A DNA stretch of 64,000 bases from positions 482 through 64,481 of IMG/VR virus record IMGVR_UViG_3300036835_000374. One strand, given 5' to 3'. Below are positions 7,966 through 17,304 of the stretch, one piece after another. The notes beneath the pieces were generated by a model. It was not told the origin of the DNA, did no database searches, and saw nothing but the letters and a program-made list of their open reading frames with translations. The DNA comes from a virus. Every line of letters begins with the position of its first letter. The stretch's first letter is position 1. Both the position numbers and the translations under genes were made by a program.

Positions 7966-8274
7966 ATGACCGACCTGATCCGCAAGGACGAAGGCCAGCC
8001 ACTCAGAGCCGCAATGGAGCGGACCGGAGTGACCCAGGTCGACCTTGCAGAAAAGACGCGAACCGTCGACATCCGCGGACAGGGCGTCAGCCTCGCCACC
8101 GTCATCAAGGTCACCGGCCGCGGAAAGACCGCAGCCAACAAGTGCCGGCTCCGTACCGCATGGCTCATCACCACGGCACTCGACGAGCCCCTCCAACGGC
8201 ACTTCGACATGCCCTCAGTTTCAACTGACACAGTAGGAAGGTCTACCCCCCATGGCGACTCAGACCATCGCTGA
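7966..8274 (+). CDS. Cro-like HTH protein
   Basis: LRAAMERTGVTQVDLAEKT motif. Divergent from the repressor. GAGG RBS. Confidence 0.7.
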   Translation: MTDLIRKDEGQPLRAAMERTGVTQVDLAEKTRTVDIRGQGVSLATVIKVTGRGKTAANKCRLRTAWLITTALDEPLQRHFDMPSVSTDTVGRSTPHGDSDHR

Positions 8275-8524
8275 GCGCACCGAGCTCCTCGCCTCTGCTG
8301 GCATCGCTCCGCTCCTGAACACCGAGCAGCTCATGGCGCACTACGGCGTCTCGAACTGGACGGTCAACGAGTGGCGGAAGAAGGGGTGCCCCGTCGAGCG
8401 GCTCCCTGGCGGCATCCGGCGCTTCGACTTGGCTCAGGTTCGCGCGTGGCTGGCCGAGCAGTCCGAGAACGCCGCGCAGGCCCGCGCCGAGTTGTCGCGT
8501 AAGGGCGTTGCTGCCCGCGCCTGA
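8252..8524 (+). CDS. Excisionase-like wHTH protein
   Basis: LLNTEQLMAHYGVSNWTVNEWRKKGCP...RRFDLAQVRAWL motif. Confidence 0.75.
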   Translation: MATQTIAERTELLASAGIAPLLNTEQLMAHYGVSNWTVNEWRKKGCPVERLPGGIRRFDLAQVRAWLAEQSENAAQARAELSRKGVAARA

Positions 8525-8616
8525 CCCACCAGATGCCGAAGGCCCGCCCGACTGCCAGGCCCGGCGAGCCCCCAGCTTCGGCAATCCACCAGATCCCATC
8601 GAAGGAGTGGATCACC

Positions 8617-9024
8617 TTGAGCAACAATCCTAGCGATCTCCCCGGCAGAAGCGTCCTCGTGATGACGCTGCCGAAGAAGCCGCTGTCGCCGGTGGATGCG
8701 CAGCGTGCGCGCCGCCGGAATGAGGTGGCGTACGAGACGACGGTCACCGAGAAGGAGCTGCCTCAGACGCATGTCGCGTGGGAGGCGCTGCCCGACCGGG
8801 TGCTGGTGACGGCGACGGACATGAACGTCCTCGCCGACTGGCTGTTCGTGCAGGGCGGCCCGGTCACGACGACGGTTCTGCCGTGGGGTCAGACGGTGTG
8901 GACGCTGCATACGCGGACGTGGTCGGACTCGGACGGGTTTCCGCCGGTGCGGGTGCATGTGTCGGTGACGGTGTCGTCGGACGAGTCGGTGATGGATGAG
9001 GTTCGTCTGGCGGTGCGGCGATGA
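8617..9024 (+). CDS. Hypothetical protein
   Basis: AAGGAG RBS before TTG 8617. Overlaps the next gene. Confidence 0.6.
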   Translation: MSNNPSDLPGRSVLVMTLPKKPLSPVDAQRARRRNEVAYETTVTEKELPQTHVAWEALPDRVLVTATDMNVLADWLFVQGGPVTTTVLPWGQTVWTLHTRTWSDSDGFPPVRVHVSVTVSSDESVMDEVRLAVRR

Positions 9025-9455
9025 ACACGCGGGCGTTGAACTCGCTGGCGGATGTGATCTGCCGGGCGCAGAACAACGGGAAGCGGACGCCGATGGGGAT
9101 CGCGTTCGCGATCGATTCGGCTGGCCGTCACATGACGCCGGAGACGGCCGCGGAGTTGGAGCGGCTGCGGGCTCGGGTTGCCGAGTTGGAGCGGCAGGTA
9201 CGGCAGGCGAAGGCGGCCGGTGACCTGCTTGGTGCGGCGTTGGTGGACCGTGCGTTGGAGGAACTGGGGGTTGCTCCGGCGCCGGTGGAGGTCTCGTCTC
9301 CCGTTCCCGTGGTGCACCGCTGTATGAGCCATGACCTGCCGGACCGGGTGTGTGGGCTGGCTGGCCCGCATGGGGCGCATGTGGCTGAGGCGGGGTTGTC
9401 GTCGGAGTGGCTGTGCCACGGCCGTCCGGCTGAGGCGGGTGGTGCGTCGTGTTGA
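9021..9455 (+). CDS. Hypothetical protein with coiled coil
   Basis: ELERLRARVAELERQ. Translationally coupled. Confidence 0.6.
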   Translation: MNTRALNSLADVICRAQNNGKRTPMGIAFAIDSAGRHMTPETAAELERLRARVAELERQVRQAKAAGDLLGAALVDRALEELGVAPAPVEVSSPVPVVHRCMSHDLPDRVCGLAGPHGAHVAEAGLSSEWLCHGRPAEAGGASC

Positions 9456-9724
9456 TGTTCCTCGCCGGTCTGACTCCGGCTGCCGCAGTGTCCCTCGGTC
9501 TCGTCTCGGTCGGCGTGTTCGGTGTCGTGCTCGCGTTCGCCTACGCCAATGCCGCGTATTTCGATCCGCGCCGGTTCGACGAGTCGGACAGGGCTGTCCC
9601 GGTGCTGCTGGTCGTGGGGCCCGTCTTGGGTAACGTCCGCCGGTCTGTGCGTGATGTCGCGCTTGATGCGGCCGCTCTGATCCTCCTCCTCACCACCTCC
9701 CCGAAGGGGGCCATGACCTCATGA
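9449..9724 (+). CDS. Small membrane protein
   Basis: Hydrophobic N-terminus, in operon. Confidence 0.5.
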   Translation: MLMFLAGLTPAAAVSLGLVSVGVFGVVLAFAYANAAYFDPRRFDESDRAVPVLLVVGPVLGNVRRSVRDVALDAAALILLLTTSPKGAMTS

Positions 9725-10098
9725 CCGAAAACAACGCTGTGCGCGGCCCGATGTACGTCGAGGCCACCCCGCTCATGGTCACCGCGGACGTCGAACCGCT
9801 CGTCGTCGCGAACGTCGCCGAGCTCCTCAACCTGCTGTGCTCAGACGAGTTCTACGACGACTTCCGGGAGATCGCCGACACCACCCCGGCTGCTCCGCTC
9901 GAAGGCCGGTTCGCGTTCGAGCAGTTGCAGGCCCGGCTGGTGGAGCGGATGTCGACGAAGGTCGCGTTGACGGGGCCGCAGGCCATGAAGGTCGCGGGCC
10001 GGATGGCGAAGCTGGCGAAGCCGTTGGCGGATCTGTCGGCGAAGACGGCGGCCGTGGTGATGCGGACGCAGCGCCGTGTGAGGGGTGCTGCCGCGTGA
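9721..10098 (+). CDS. Hypothetical protein
   Basis: Coupled ORF with typical high-GC codon use. Confidence 0.6.
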   Translation: MTENNAVRGPMYVEATPLMVTADVEPLVVANVAELLNLLCSDEFYDDFREIADTTPAAPLEGRFAFEQLQARLVERMSTKVALTGPQAMKVAGRMAKLAKPLADLSAKTAAVVMRTQRRVRGAAA

Positions 10099-10484
10099 GC
10101 GCCTACAACGACCTGGTCGCCCGCTATCAGCCCACCTACAGCGACCACGGGCGCGCCGAGTTCAAGGCGCTCCTCGACGCCCACCGCACCGAGGTACGCG
10201 CCGAGGCACTCCAGAGGGCCATCGGCCGGCTCCGCGCCATCCCCGTCACCTGCACCGCCCTCACCGGGCCCGTCTGGTACGGCACCGGCTGGAACGAAGC
10301 GATCACCTGCCTGGAAGAGATCGCCGACTACCAGAAGCCCGACAACGAGGCGTACCCGGGCGAGTTGCAGCGGCTGCGTGCCGTGGTCCGTGAACTGCGG
10401 GCGGCTGCTCTGCGCCAGGAGGACTTGCCGCGGGTGCAGCAGCTTCTCATCGATCACGCAACCCATGAGGGGGTGGCTCGGTGA
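10095..10484 (+). CDS. Hypothetical protein
   Basis: GTG start overlapping the previous stop. Confidence 0.6.
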   Translation: MSAYNDLVARYQPTYSDHGRAEFKALLDAHRTEVRAEALQRAIGRLRAIPVTCTALTGPVWYGTGWNEAITCLEEIADYQKPDNEAYPGELQRLRAVVRELRAAALRQEDLPRVQQLLIDHATHEGVAR

Positions 10485-10663
10485 CCCGCAGTCGTCTCGG
10501 GTGGATTGCCCTGTACTGCGCCGCTGTCGGTGGTCTCGCGGTCATCGCCGGGGCCTCCCTGTCGCTGCTGGTTCAGGACACCACCGTCAAGCGGATCGTG
10601 TGGGTTGCGGCGGCAGCCGTGGTGGCTGTCCTCGGCGGCCTCGCAGGTCGGGGGGACCGATGA
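10481..10663 (+). CDS. Small two-TM membrane protein
   Basis: Hydrophobic, coupled. Confidence 0.55.
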   Translation: MTRSRLGWIALYCAAVGGLAVIAGASLSLLVQDTTVKRIVWVAAAAVVAVLGGLAGRGDR

Positions 10664-10842
10664 GCGTCCGTCTCGCCGCCCACTGGACGGCCGTCACCGT
10701 GGCCGCCGCCTTCGTCGTCACCGTCGCCACGATCCCCTTCACCGGCACCGCCGCCAGCTACGCGGCGATCGTCGCCGCGGCCGGGGTGTGCATGGCCGGC
10801 ATCGCACTCGCACCCAACACCCGGAAGGACCACCGCCCGTGA
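10660..10842 (+). CDS. Small two-TM membrane protein
   Basis: MSVRLAAHWTAVTVAAAFVV..., coupled. Confidence 0.55.
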   Translation: MSVRLAAHWTAVTVAAAFVVTVATIPFTGTAASYAAIVAAAGVCMAGIALAPNTRKDHRP

Positions 10843-11630
10843 GCACCACCGCCCGCCTTACCGAACAGCAAGTCGACGTCCTCCTCCAGCCCATCAGCGG
10901 CAACCGCGTCCGCAACCTGCGCGGCATGTCCCACCTCGAAGCCTGGGACGTCCGCCGACAGCTGATCCGTATCTTCGGCTTCGAGGGCTTCACTGTTGAG
11001 ACGCTCTCGCTCGACCTCGTTGCCGAGCGGGAGACCAAGCAGGGCGAGCGTTCCCGGTGGACGATCGTCTACCGGGCGCAGGTCCGGCTCACCGTCAAGA
11101 CCGCAGACGGCCGTGTCATCACCTCGTTCGAGGACGCCGCCGCCGGGGACGCCATCAACCAGCCCTCCCTCGGCGACGCCCACGACCTCGCCATGAAGAC
11201 CGCCCTGTCTCAGGCGCTGAAGCGGTGCGCGGTCAACCTCGGCGACCAGTTCGGCCTGTCGCTGTACAACGACGGCTCGAAGGACGCGGTCGTACTGCGG
11301 TCGCTGGCGTACATGGGCGAGCCGGTACGGGAGTCCGAGGACACCCCGGTCAAGCCGGAGCCGGTACCGCACACGCCGGCCGTCGTGCCGGATCAGGCGA
11401 ACGGCAACACGTCCCAGTCGGCGCCTGCAGCCTCGGGGCCCGTGCCCGCGCCGGTTGACGAGGACCGGCAGGTGGCGCTCGACGAGATGCAGAAGACCGC
11501 TGCGGGGATCGGCTTTGCTGCCGGTCTTGCTGCCCAGTTCCAGTCCACGTTCGGCCACTCGATCGAGCAGGGCACGACTGCCGAGTTCCGTGAGGCGACC
11601 GAGCTGATGCGCGGCGCGCCCGCCGCCTGA
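10839..11630 (+). CDS. Rad52/Rad22-family single-strand annealing protein (Sak-like)
   Basis: SHLEAWDVRRQLIRIFGF and HDLAMKTALSQALKRCAVNLGDQFGLSLY motifs. Confidence 0.85.
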   Translation: MSTTARLTEQQVDVLLQPISGNRVRNLRGMSHLEAWDVRRQLIRIFGFEGFTVETLSLDLVAERETKQGERSRWTIVYRAQVRLTVKTADGRVITSFEDAAAGDAINQPSLGDAHDLAMKTALSQALKRCAVNLGDQFGLSLYNDGSKDAVVLRSLAYMGEPVRESEDTPVKPEPVPHTPAVVPDQANGNTSQSAPAASGPVPAPVDEDRQVALDEMQKTAAGIGFAAGLAAQFQSTFGHSIEQGTTAEFREATELMRGAPAA

Positions 11631-11697
11631 CCCACTCATGGCACGGGGTCCCGCCCGTCGGAAGCAGGCGGGGCCCCGCCCAGCAAGGAGATCACAC

Positions 11698-12225
11698 ATG
11701 AGCCTCAAGGACACCGCGGCCCGCGCCGCGGTCCTCGACACCCTGTACAAGGCCATCGGCGACGAGCTCAAGGCCGCCAAGCAGGACCTGGAAGCCGGGC
11801 TACGCGCAGCGAAGGCAGAGACCGGAACCCAGAAAGTCACGATCAGCCTCGACGAGCAGCAGGACATCGGCACTGCCAGCCTCGTGCAGCCGAAGGCCGC
11901 AGCCGTCGTCACCGACGTCGAGAAGTTCAAGGCGTGGGTCGTCGACAACTACGCCTCGGAGATCGAGCGCCGCTTCGTCACCGACGTGCGTGCCGCGTTC
12001 ACCGCACGCCTGCTGAAAGACATGACCGCCGCCGGCGTCGCGCAATGGTGCGATCCGGAGACCGGCGAGCTGCATGACGTGCCCGGTGTGGAAATGCAGG
12101 GCCGGGCCGCGTACACGCGAATGACGGTGCCGGACGCCGGTAAGCAGGCGATCGCCGCGGCGTGGCAGTCCGGGGCGCTCTCCCACCTGGTCCTGCCGCA
12201 GATCACGGCGGGCGGTGAAGCATGA
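11698..12225 (+). CDS. Hypothetical recombination-module protein
   Basis: AAGGAG RBS. Lies between Sak and the exonuclease. Confidence 0.65.
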   Translation: MSLKDTAARAAVLDTLYKAIGDELKAAKQDLEAGLRAAKAETGTQKVTISLDEQQDIGTASLVQPKAAAVVTDVEKFKAWVVDNYASEIERRFVTDVRAAFTARLLKDMTAAGVAQWCDPETGELHDVPGVEMQGRAAYTRMTVPDAGKQAIAAAWQSGALSHLVLPQITAGGEA

Positions 12226-12947
12226 GGTTCAACCAGCTTCGCCGCCTTGCGTGGGATACGGAGACGACGGGCGTAAACCCACTCGATGCCCGCATCGTCA
12301 CCGCAGCCCTGGTCGTCCGCGGCGGCGGTCTCGAAGACCGCACCTTCTCGTACCTGATCAACCCGCAAGTTCCAATCCCGCCCGCAGCAACCGCAGTCCA
12401 CGGCATCGACGACGCCAAGGCCCAGGCCGAAGGCACCGACCCGAAGACCACCCTCGACGAGATCGCGGGCCACCTCGCGGCCGCCATCGCCTACGGCATG
12501 CCGGTGATCGCCTTCAACCAGTCTTACGACTGGTCCGTCTTGCACTACGACCTGCAGCGGCACGACCTGCCGACCATGTACGACCGCGTAGGCCCTGGTC
12601 CGTTGCCGCTCCTAGATCCGCACGTCATCGACCGGCAGTGCGTGCCCAAGCTGCGCGGCTCGGGGCTGCGGAAGCTGAAGCCGACGTGCGAACGGTACGG
12701 CGTCGCCCTGGACGACTGGCACACCGCCGAAGCCGACGCCCTCGCCGCACTGCTCCTGGCGGACGCGCAGTTCGACTACCACCCGCAGTTGGCCGACATG
12801 GGCCCGCAGCAGCTGTACGCGGCGCAGAAGGCTTGGCGGGCAGAGCAGCAGGCTGGGCTGCAGGAGTTCCTTCGGAGGTCGAACCCGCGGGCGTACTGCG
12901 CCCCTGAGTGGCCGCTGTTGTCGGCGCCGAGCCGGGGTGAAGCGTGA
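12222..12947 (+). CDS. DnaQ-like 3'-5' exonuclease (DEDDh)
   Basis: AWDTETTG, AFNQSYD and HTAEADA motifs. Confidence 0.9.
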   Translation: MRFNQLRRLAWDTETTGVNPLDARIVTAALVVRGGGLEDRTFSYLINPQVPIPPAATAVHGIDDAKAQAEGTDPKTTLDEIAGHLAAAIAYGMPVIAFNQSYDWSVLHYDLQRHDLPTMYDRVGPGPLPLLDPHVIDRQCVPKLRGSGLRKLKPTCERYGVALDDWHTAEADALAALLLADAQFDYHPQLADMGPQQLYAAQKAWRAEQQAGLQEFLRRSNPRAYCAPEWPLLSAPSRGEA

Positions 12948-13393
12948 TGTTCGGTCTGACCACACACCGCCGCAGCAACAACAAGATCAGTGAAGTCCTC
13001 GCCGAAAACATCCGGCTCCGTAAGGAACGCGACACCGCACGCGCGGAACGCGACACCGCCATGTTCAACCGCCGGCAGGTCGTCCAGCAGAACGCCGAAC
13101 TCGACGCCGCGAACCGGCGCCTGTACGGCCGGAATCTCGAACTCTGCACCCGCCTGTCCGCCTACGCGGAATCGGACCCCGATTACCTGGCCGCGATGGA
13201 ACTCCGCCTGGCCCGCGTGCTGGGAGCGTGCGCCCGCTATCTCGCCGCGTACTGGGTCGAGAAGCGGCGCGCGGACCGGCTGCAGCGCCGCCTCGACGGG
13301 CTGCTCGGCCTGAACGACCCGGCCGTCCTGGCGGGCGTGGACTGGCAGAAGCGGCGACAGGACAAGGGCGCGCCGTCGGAGGTGACGTCGTGA
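12947..13393 (+). CDS. Hypothetical coiled-coil protein
   Basis: Coupled ORF. Confidence 0.55.
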   Translation: MFGLTTHRRSNNKISEVLAENIRLRKERDTARAERDTAMFNRRQVVQQNAELDAANRRLYGRNLELCTRLSAYAESDPDYLAAMELRLARVLGACARYLAAYWVEKRRADRLQRRLDGLLGLNDPAVLAGVDWQKRRQDKGAPSEVTS

Positions 13394-13680
13394 ACCACAC
13401 GATCACTCTCGGTGCCGCCTCGCTCATGGCCGCGCTGGTCGGCGCGACCGGTCTGGTCCGGTGGGCTGTGACCCCGCCCCGGCCGAAGGGCCAGCACCGG
13501 GCGCGCCGTCGGCAGTCCGGCGAGTACGTGCCTGGTCATCACCTGATCCCCGCCCTGGCCGGGCAGACGTCCGCCCTGTGCCTGGGTTGTGGTGCCGAGG
13601 TTCCGGTGACCGTGCACCCAGGCGGCGCACGGCGGTGCGACCGCGGGCACGTCACCATCACCGCTGGGGAGGTGGCGTGA
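13390..13680 (+). CDS. Membrane-anchored protein with small Cys/His cluster
   Basis: N-terminal TM helix, CLGC...H...RCDRGH. Confidence 0.55.
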   Translation: MNHTITLGAASLMAALVGATGLVRWAVTPPRPKGQHRARRRQSGEYVPGHHLIPALAGQTSALCLGCGAEVPVTVHPGGARRCDRGHVTITAGEVA

Positions 13681-13970
13681 TGGGCATCACCGCTGCCGCC
13701 ATCGTCTCGGTCCTGCCCGCCGTCGCCGGCGTGTACGTCGTCTACCGGTGGGCCCGCAGCGCCCACCGGCACGAGACGCAGAAACGCGAGCAGTTCATCC
13801 GATCCACAGTGCCGCCGGTCGTGGACACCGCGCCCGGCATCAACCTCGCTGTCCAAGACGAACTCCAGCGCCTCTACGACGCGCCTGCCTACGGCGAGGA
13901 CATCGACGCCGACTGCGCCCGGCTGTGGCAGGCCATCCGCGACGAACAGCAGAAGGGAGAGCAGGCATGA
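13680..13970 (+). CDS. Hypothetical protein with N-terminal TM helix
   Basis: TGATG coupling. Confidence 0.55.
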   Translation: MGITAAAIVSVLPAVAGVYVVYRWARSAHRHETQKREQFIRSTVPPVVDTAPGINLAVQDELQRLYDAPAYGEDIDADCARLWQAIRDEQQKGEQA

Positions 13971-14590
13971 GCATGCTGTTCGATCTGACTCCCGAGGCAC
14001 CGGACGCACCCACGGCCGGGCCCCGGCCCCTCGTCATCGGCATCGACTCCAGCCTCACCAGCCTCGGTATCGCATCACCCGACTCCGCCGACGCGCTCCG
14101 CTGGAAGCACCAAGACAAGGGCCACGCACGCATCGAATGGCTCCGCACCGAAGTCCTCGACCGCACCAAGGCCGCTGACCTCGTCGTCATCGAAGGCCCC
14201 TCCTACGGCTCGAAGATGCTGCCCGGCCAGCACGAGACCGCTGGCATGTGGTGGATCCTTACGCACGACCTGTGGCGCAAGGGCATCCCGTATGCCGTCG
14301 CCTCCCCGCACAGCCGGACCATCTACGCCACCGGCGCCGCGTTCCCCGCGAAGAACGAGCCGAAGGAGAAGCGGGCCCGGATCGCGAAGGGCATGGTCCA
14401 CACGTTCGTCGTCGAGCGGCTGGGGATCTGGTGCGAGGGCGCCGGTAAGTACGACGCCAGCGACGCGGCGACCCTCGCGGCGATGGGCATGGACTGGCTG
14501 GGGTTCCCGCTGGTCGAGGTGCCGAAGCAGCAGCGGCGTGCACTAGACGGCGTGCACTGGCCCACGCGGACCGTGGCGGTGGCCCGATGA
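13967..14590 (+). CDS. RuvC-like Holliday junction resolvase
   Basis: VIGIDSSLTSLG, VVIEGPSYG and DASDA acidic motifs. Confidence 0.85.
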   Translation: MSMLFDLTPEAPDAPTAGPRPLVIGIDSSLTSLGIASPDSADALRWKHQDKGHARIEWLRTEVLDRTKAADLVVIEGPSYGSKMLPGQHETAGMWWILTHDLWRKGIPYAVASPHSRTIYATGAAFPAKNEPKEKRARIAKGMVHTFVVERLGIWCEGAGKYDASDAATLAAMGMDWLGFPLVEVPKQQRRALDGVHWPTRTVAVAR

Positions 14591-15012
14591 CCGTCCGCCC
14601 CGACATCGCCGAACTGTTGGCCGCCGGATACGGCGACCGCACCATCGCCCGCCAACTCGGCGTGTCCACCGGCTACGTCGAACGCTCCCGCGCCACCCTC
14701 GGCATCCCCGCAGGACGCCCCGGACCCAAAACCGCCGGAACCCCCGAAGACCTGTTCTGGCGGCGCGCACAACCCACCCCGGACGGACACCTGATCTGGC
14801 CGGCATACAGCCCGAGGAACGGCGCCCACGTCAAGCACGGCGGCGGCCGTCACTCCGTCCACCGCATCGCGTTCCGCCTCGGCAACGGCCGCGAACCCGT
14901 GGGCCGCGTCGAGACCGGCTGCGGCCGGACCGGCTGTGTGCACCCGCGGCACGTCGAGGACCAGCCGATGCGCAACCAGTACACCGCGATCTTCGGGAGC
15001 GCCGCCGCATGA
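14587..15012 (+). CDS. HTH protein with degenerate HNH/His-Cys-like domain
   Basis: DRTIARQLGVS HTH, then GHLIW...VHRIAF...CGRTGCVHPRHV. Confidence 0.65.
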   Translation: MTVRPDIAELLAAGYGDRTIARQLGVSTGYVERSRATLGIPAGRPGPKTAGTPEDLFWRRAQPTPDGHLIWPAYSPRNGAHVKHGGGRHSVHRIAFRLGNGREPVGRVETGCGRTGCVHPRHVEDQPMRNQYTAIFGSAAA

Positions 15013-15704
15013 GCCACTACCAGGGGAGCGTCCCCGAAACCCCGCGCAAGCCCGACTGGCGAGACACCGCACTGTGCCGCAAGGAAGACCCGGAACTGTT
15101 CTTCCCGAAGGGCTACGAAGGGCCCTGGCAACTGGTCATCGAGCAGGCCAAGGCTGTATGCAGGCGGTGCCCTTCAGCTGACGCCTGCCTCCAGTACGCC
15201 CTCACCGCAAGCATCCCGAGCGGCATCTTCGGCGGCCTCACCGAGCAGGAACGCGCGAGCCTCCGACGCGTCACGAACCGCCGCAAACTCGCCCCCGAAG
15301 CAGCAGCAGAGAAAGCAGCCCAAGCCCGCCAGCCGAAGCCGAAGCCGACCACCCTCCGCAGCCTCTTCGACGACAACACCGTCCGCCTGCACGGCGGCCA
15401 CCTCGGATGGACCGGGCCCGCGCGCCCCTGCTTCAAAGGCCAGGACTACACCCCGAAACAGCTCGCGTTCATCGTCGACCGCGGCTACTACCCGCAGGGC
15501 CGGGTCCTCGTCGACTGCGGCATCTCCGAATGCGTGCTGCCCCTGCACATCGCGGACGACGAGGAGCGGATCCGGTGCGGGACGCGGGCCGGGTATCGGC
15601 GGCACCGCGAGCGTGGTGAGGAGGCGTGCCGGCCGTGTAAGGACGCGAACACGGGCGCGGACAACCGGCTGCGCAGGACCGGCACCACGAAGGCCGCGGC
15701 ATGA
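15009..15704 (+). CDS. whiB: WhiB-family regulator fused to degenerate HNH-like and Cys/His modules
   Basis: WRDTALC...LFFP...AKAVCRRCPSADAC...GIFGGLTEQER, plus C-terminal CGISECVLPLH and CGTRAGYRRH...CRPC. Confidence 0.85.
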   Translation: MSHYQGSVPETPRKPDWRDTALCRKEDPELFFPKGYEGPWQLVIEQAKAVCRRCPSADACLQYALTASIPSGIFGGLTEQERASLRRVTNRRKLAPEAAAEKAAQARQPKPKPTTLRSLFDDNTVRLHGGHLGWTGPARPCFKGQDYTPKQLAFIVDRGYYPQGRVLVDCGISECVLPLHIADDEERIRCGTRAGYRRHRERGEEACRPCKDANTGADNRLRRTGTTKAAA

Positions 15705-15997
15705 CCGCCCGCTGCGCCCATTGGGTCGGCGCCGAGCGCCGCTACTGCGGGGCCACGGAGGGCGTGCGCCCGTACCTGACCGGGCTCGCGTGTGCGGCTC
15801 ACACCCCGAACGCGCTGCGAGGGCTGCCGGAGACGCCCCCGGGGCCGGGGGTGCCGGCCGGAGCGTGGACGACGCCGAGTCCGATCAACGACTCCCGTGT
15901 GGCAGACGCGCGGGCCGTGGCGTCTGGGAAGCGCCGGTCGAATCCGCAGGCGTACAAGGCCGCGCGCGCCGCGGTGGAGGAAGGGAAAGCCAGATGA
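15701..15997 (+). CDS. Hypothetical Cys/His protein
   Basis: CAHW...YC...CAAH, coupled. Confidence 0.6.
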   Translation: MTARCAHWVGAERRYCGATEGVRPYLTGLACAAHTPNALRGLPETPPGPGVPAGAWTTPSPINDSRVADARAVASGKRRSNPQAYKAARAAVEEGKAR

Positions 15998-16074
15998 CCT
16001 GCCCGAACTGTTCCGCTCCGTTGCCGCCGAATGCGGGTTTCTGCTCCCGCTGTTCGGCACCGATCGGCCAATAA
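15994..16074 (+). CDS. 26-aa zinc-ribbon micropeptide (two CxxC pairs)
   Basis: MTCPNCSAPLPPNAGFCSRCSAPIGQ. ATGA overlap with the upstream gene. Confidence 0.55.
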   Translation: MTCPNCSAPLPPNAGFCSRCSAPIGQ

Positions 16075-16131
16075 GCAGCAGCCCCGCCACGGACCTATCG
16101 CGGCGGGGCCACCCACCCCAAGGAGAACACG

Positions 16132-16869
16132 ATGAACATCTTCCGTAAGACCACTACCCCGACCACTCAGCTCCCGGCACCCGCCAGCTACGGCCCGGCG
16201 ATCAACCTCGACAAGATCCCGTCCGGGCTCGTCGACCTCACCAAGAAGGCCGCCGTCAGCCTGCAGAAGTCCGGACTGACCGGGCAGCGCGCCGCGGTCT
16301 ACCTCGTCCTCGACCACTCCGGGTCGATGATGAACTTCTACCGCGACGGCAGCGTCCAGAAGCTCGCCGAGCAGGCCCTCGGCCTGTCCGCCAACTTGGA
16401 CGACGACGGCATCGTCCCCCTCGTCTACTTCGGCTCTCACGTCAGCCAGGCCGGCGACGTCCGCCTCGATTCGTACCAGGGCATCATCAACCGCTCCCAC
16501 CAGACCGTGAGCTGGGGCTCCACCAACTACGCGGCCGCCATCGACTACATCGTCGACCTCCACGGCGACAGCCCGACACCCGGCCTGGTCATCTTCCAGA
16601 CCGACGGTGAACCCGACTCCCGGCCTGCCGCCCAGGACGCACTGCGCGAAGCCTCCCGCTCGCCGCTGCACTTCGCTTTCGTCGGCTTCGGCAACCACGT
16701 CGGCTTCCTCCAGAAGCTCGACGACCTCCGTGGTCGTGCCGTCGACAACGCGTCGTTCTTCCACGCGCGTGACCCGCACCGCGTGAGCGACGAGCAGCTG
16801 TACGACGGCATCACCCACGAGTACGCGGGCTGGCTTGCCGCCGCCACCGCTGCCGGGATCGCCCGCTGA
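16132..16869 (+). CDS. vWA-domain protein (vWA-TerF-like, Ter stress family)
   Basis: MIDAS DHSGS, GSTNYAAAI and IFQTDG motifs. AGGAG RBS. Confidence 0.85.
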   Translation: MNIFRKTTTPTTQLPAPASYGPAINLDKIPSGLVDLTKKAAVSLQKSGLTGQRAAVYLVLDHSGSMMNFYRDGSVQKLAEQALGLSANLDDDGIVPLVYFGSHVSQAGDVRLDSYQGIINRSHQTVSWGSTNYAAAIDYIVDLHGDSPTPGLVIFQTDGEPDSRPAAQDALREASRSPLHFAFVGFGNHVGFLQKLDDLRGRAVDNASFFHARDPHRVSDEQLYDGITHEYAGWLAAATAAGIAR

Positions 16870-17009
16870 CCGCCTGACCGGCGGCCGCCCGCGCCCCCAC
16901 GCCGCGGCCGCCACCCCGGGAGCCCGCACCCCCCCGGCGGGCTCCCGGGGACCCACACGGCACGAAGCCCCGCCGAAGCGGGGCCAGGAGAAGAAAGGAG
17001 GAGACGGTG

Positions 17010-17222
17010 TCAGGACTTCGGAGCAGGAGCGATCTTCGCAACCCACTCGCGGGTCATACCGGACCAGCGGGCCATGTCCGACGGGCCGACGCCCTGGGCG
17101 CGCCAGGCCACGAACAGCTCACGCAGCGCGGTGTCGTCCCGCTCGAAAGCGGCCTTCGACTTCTCTCGCTTGCGGGCGGCTTCCCGGATCTGGGCCTCGG
17201 CTTCGCTGGTCATGGCCCTCAT
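17010..17222 (-). CDS. Small HTH protein
   Basis: GVGPSDMARWSGMTREWVAKI motif. Confidence 0.65.
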   Translation of the reverse strand: MRAMTSEAEAQIREAARKREKSKAAFERDDTALRELFVAWRAQGVGPSDMARWSGMTREWVAKIAPAPKS

Positions 17223-17304
17223 GGTGACACACCTTGTCACGGTCGCGCTACGCATACGCGGTACGGGGTCGCGAAGCGCGGTCGCGAACGGTATTCTCAT
17301 CTCT

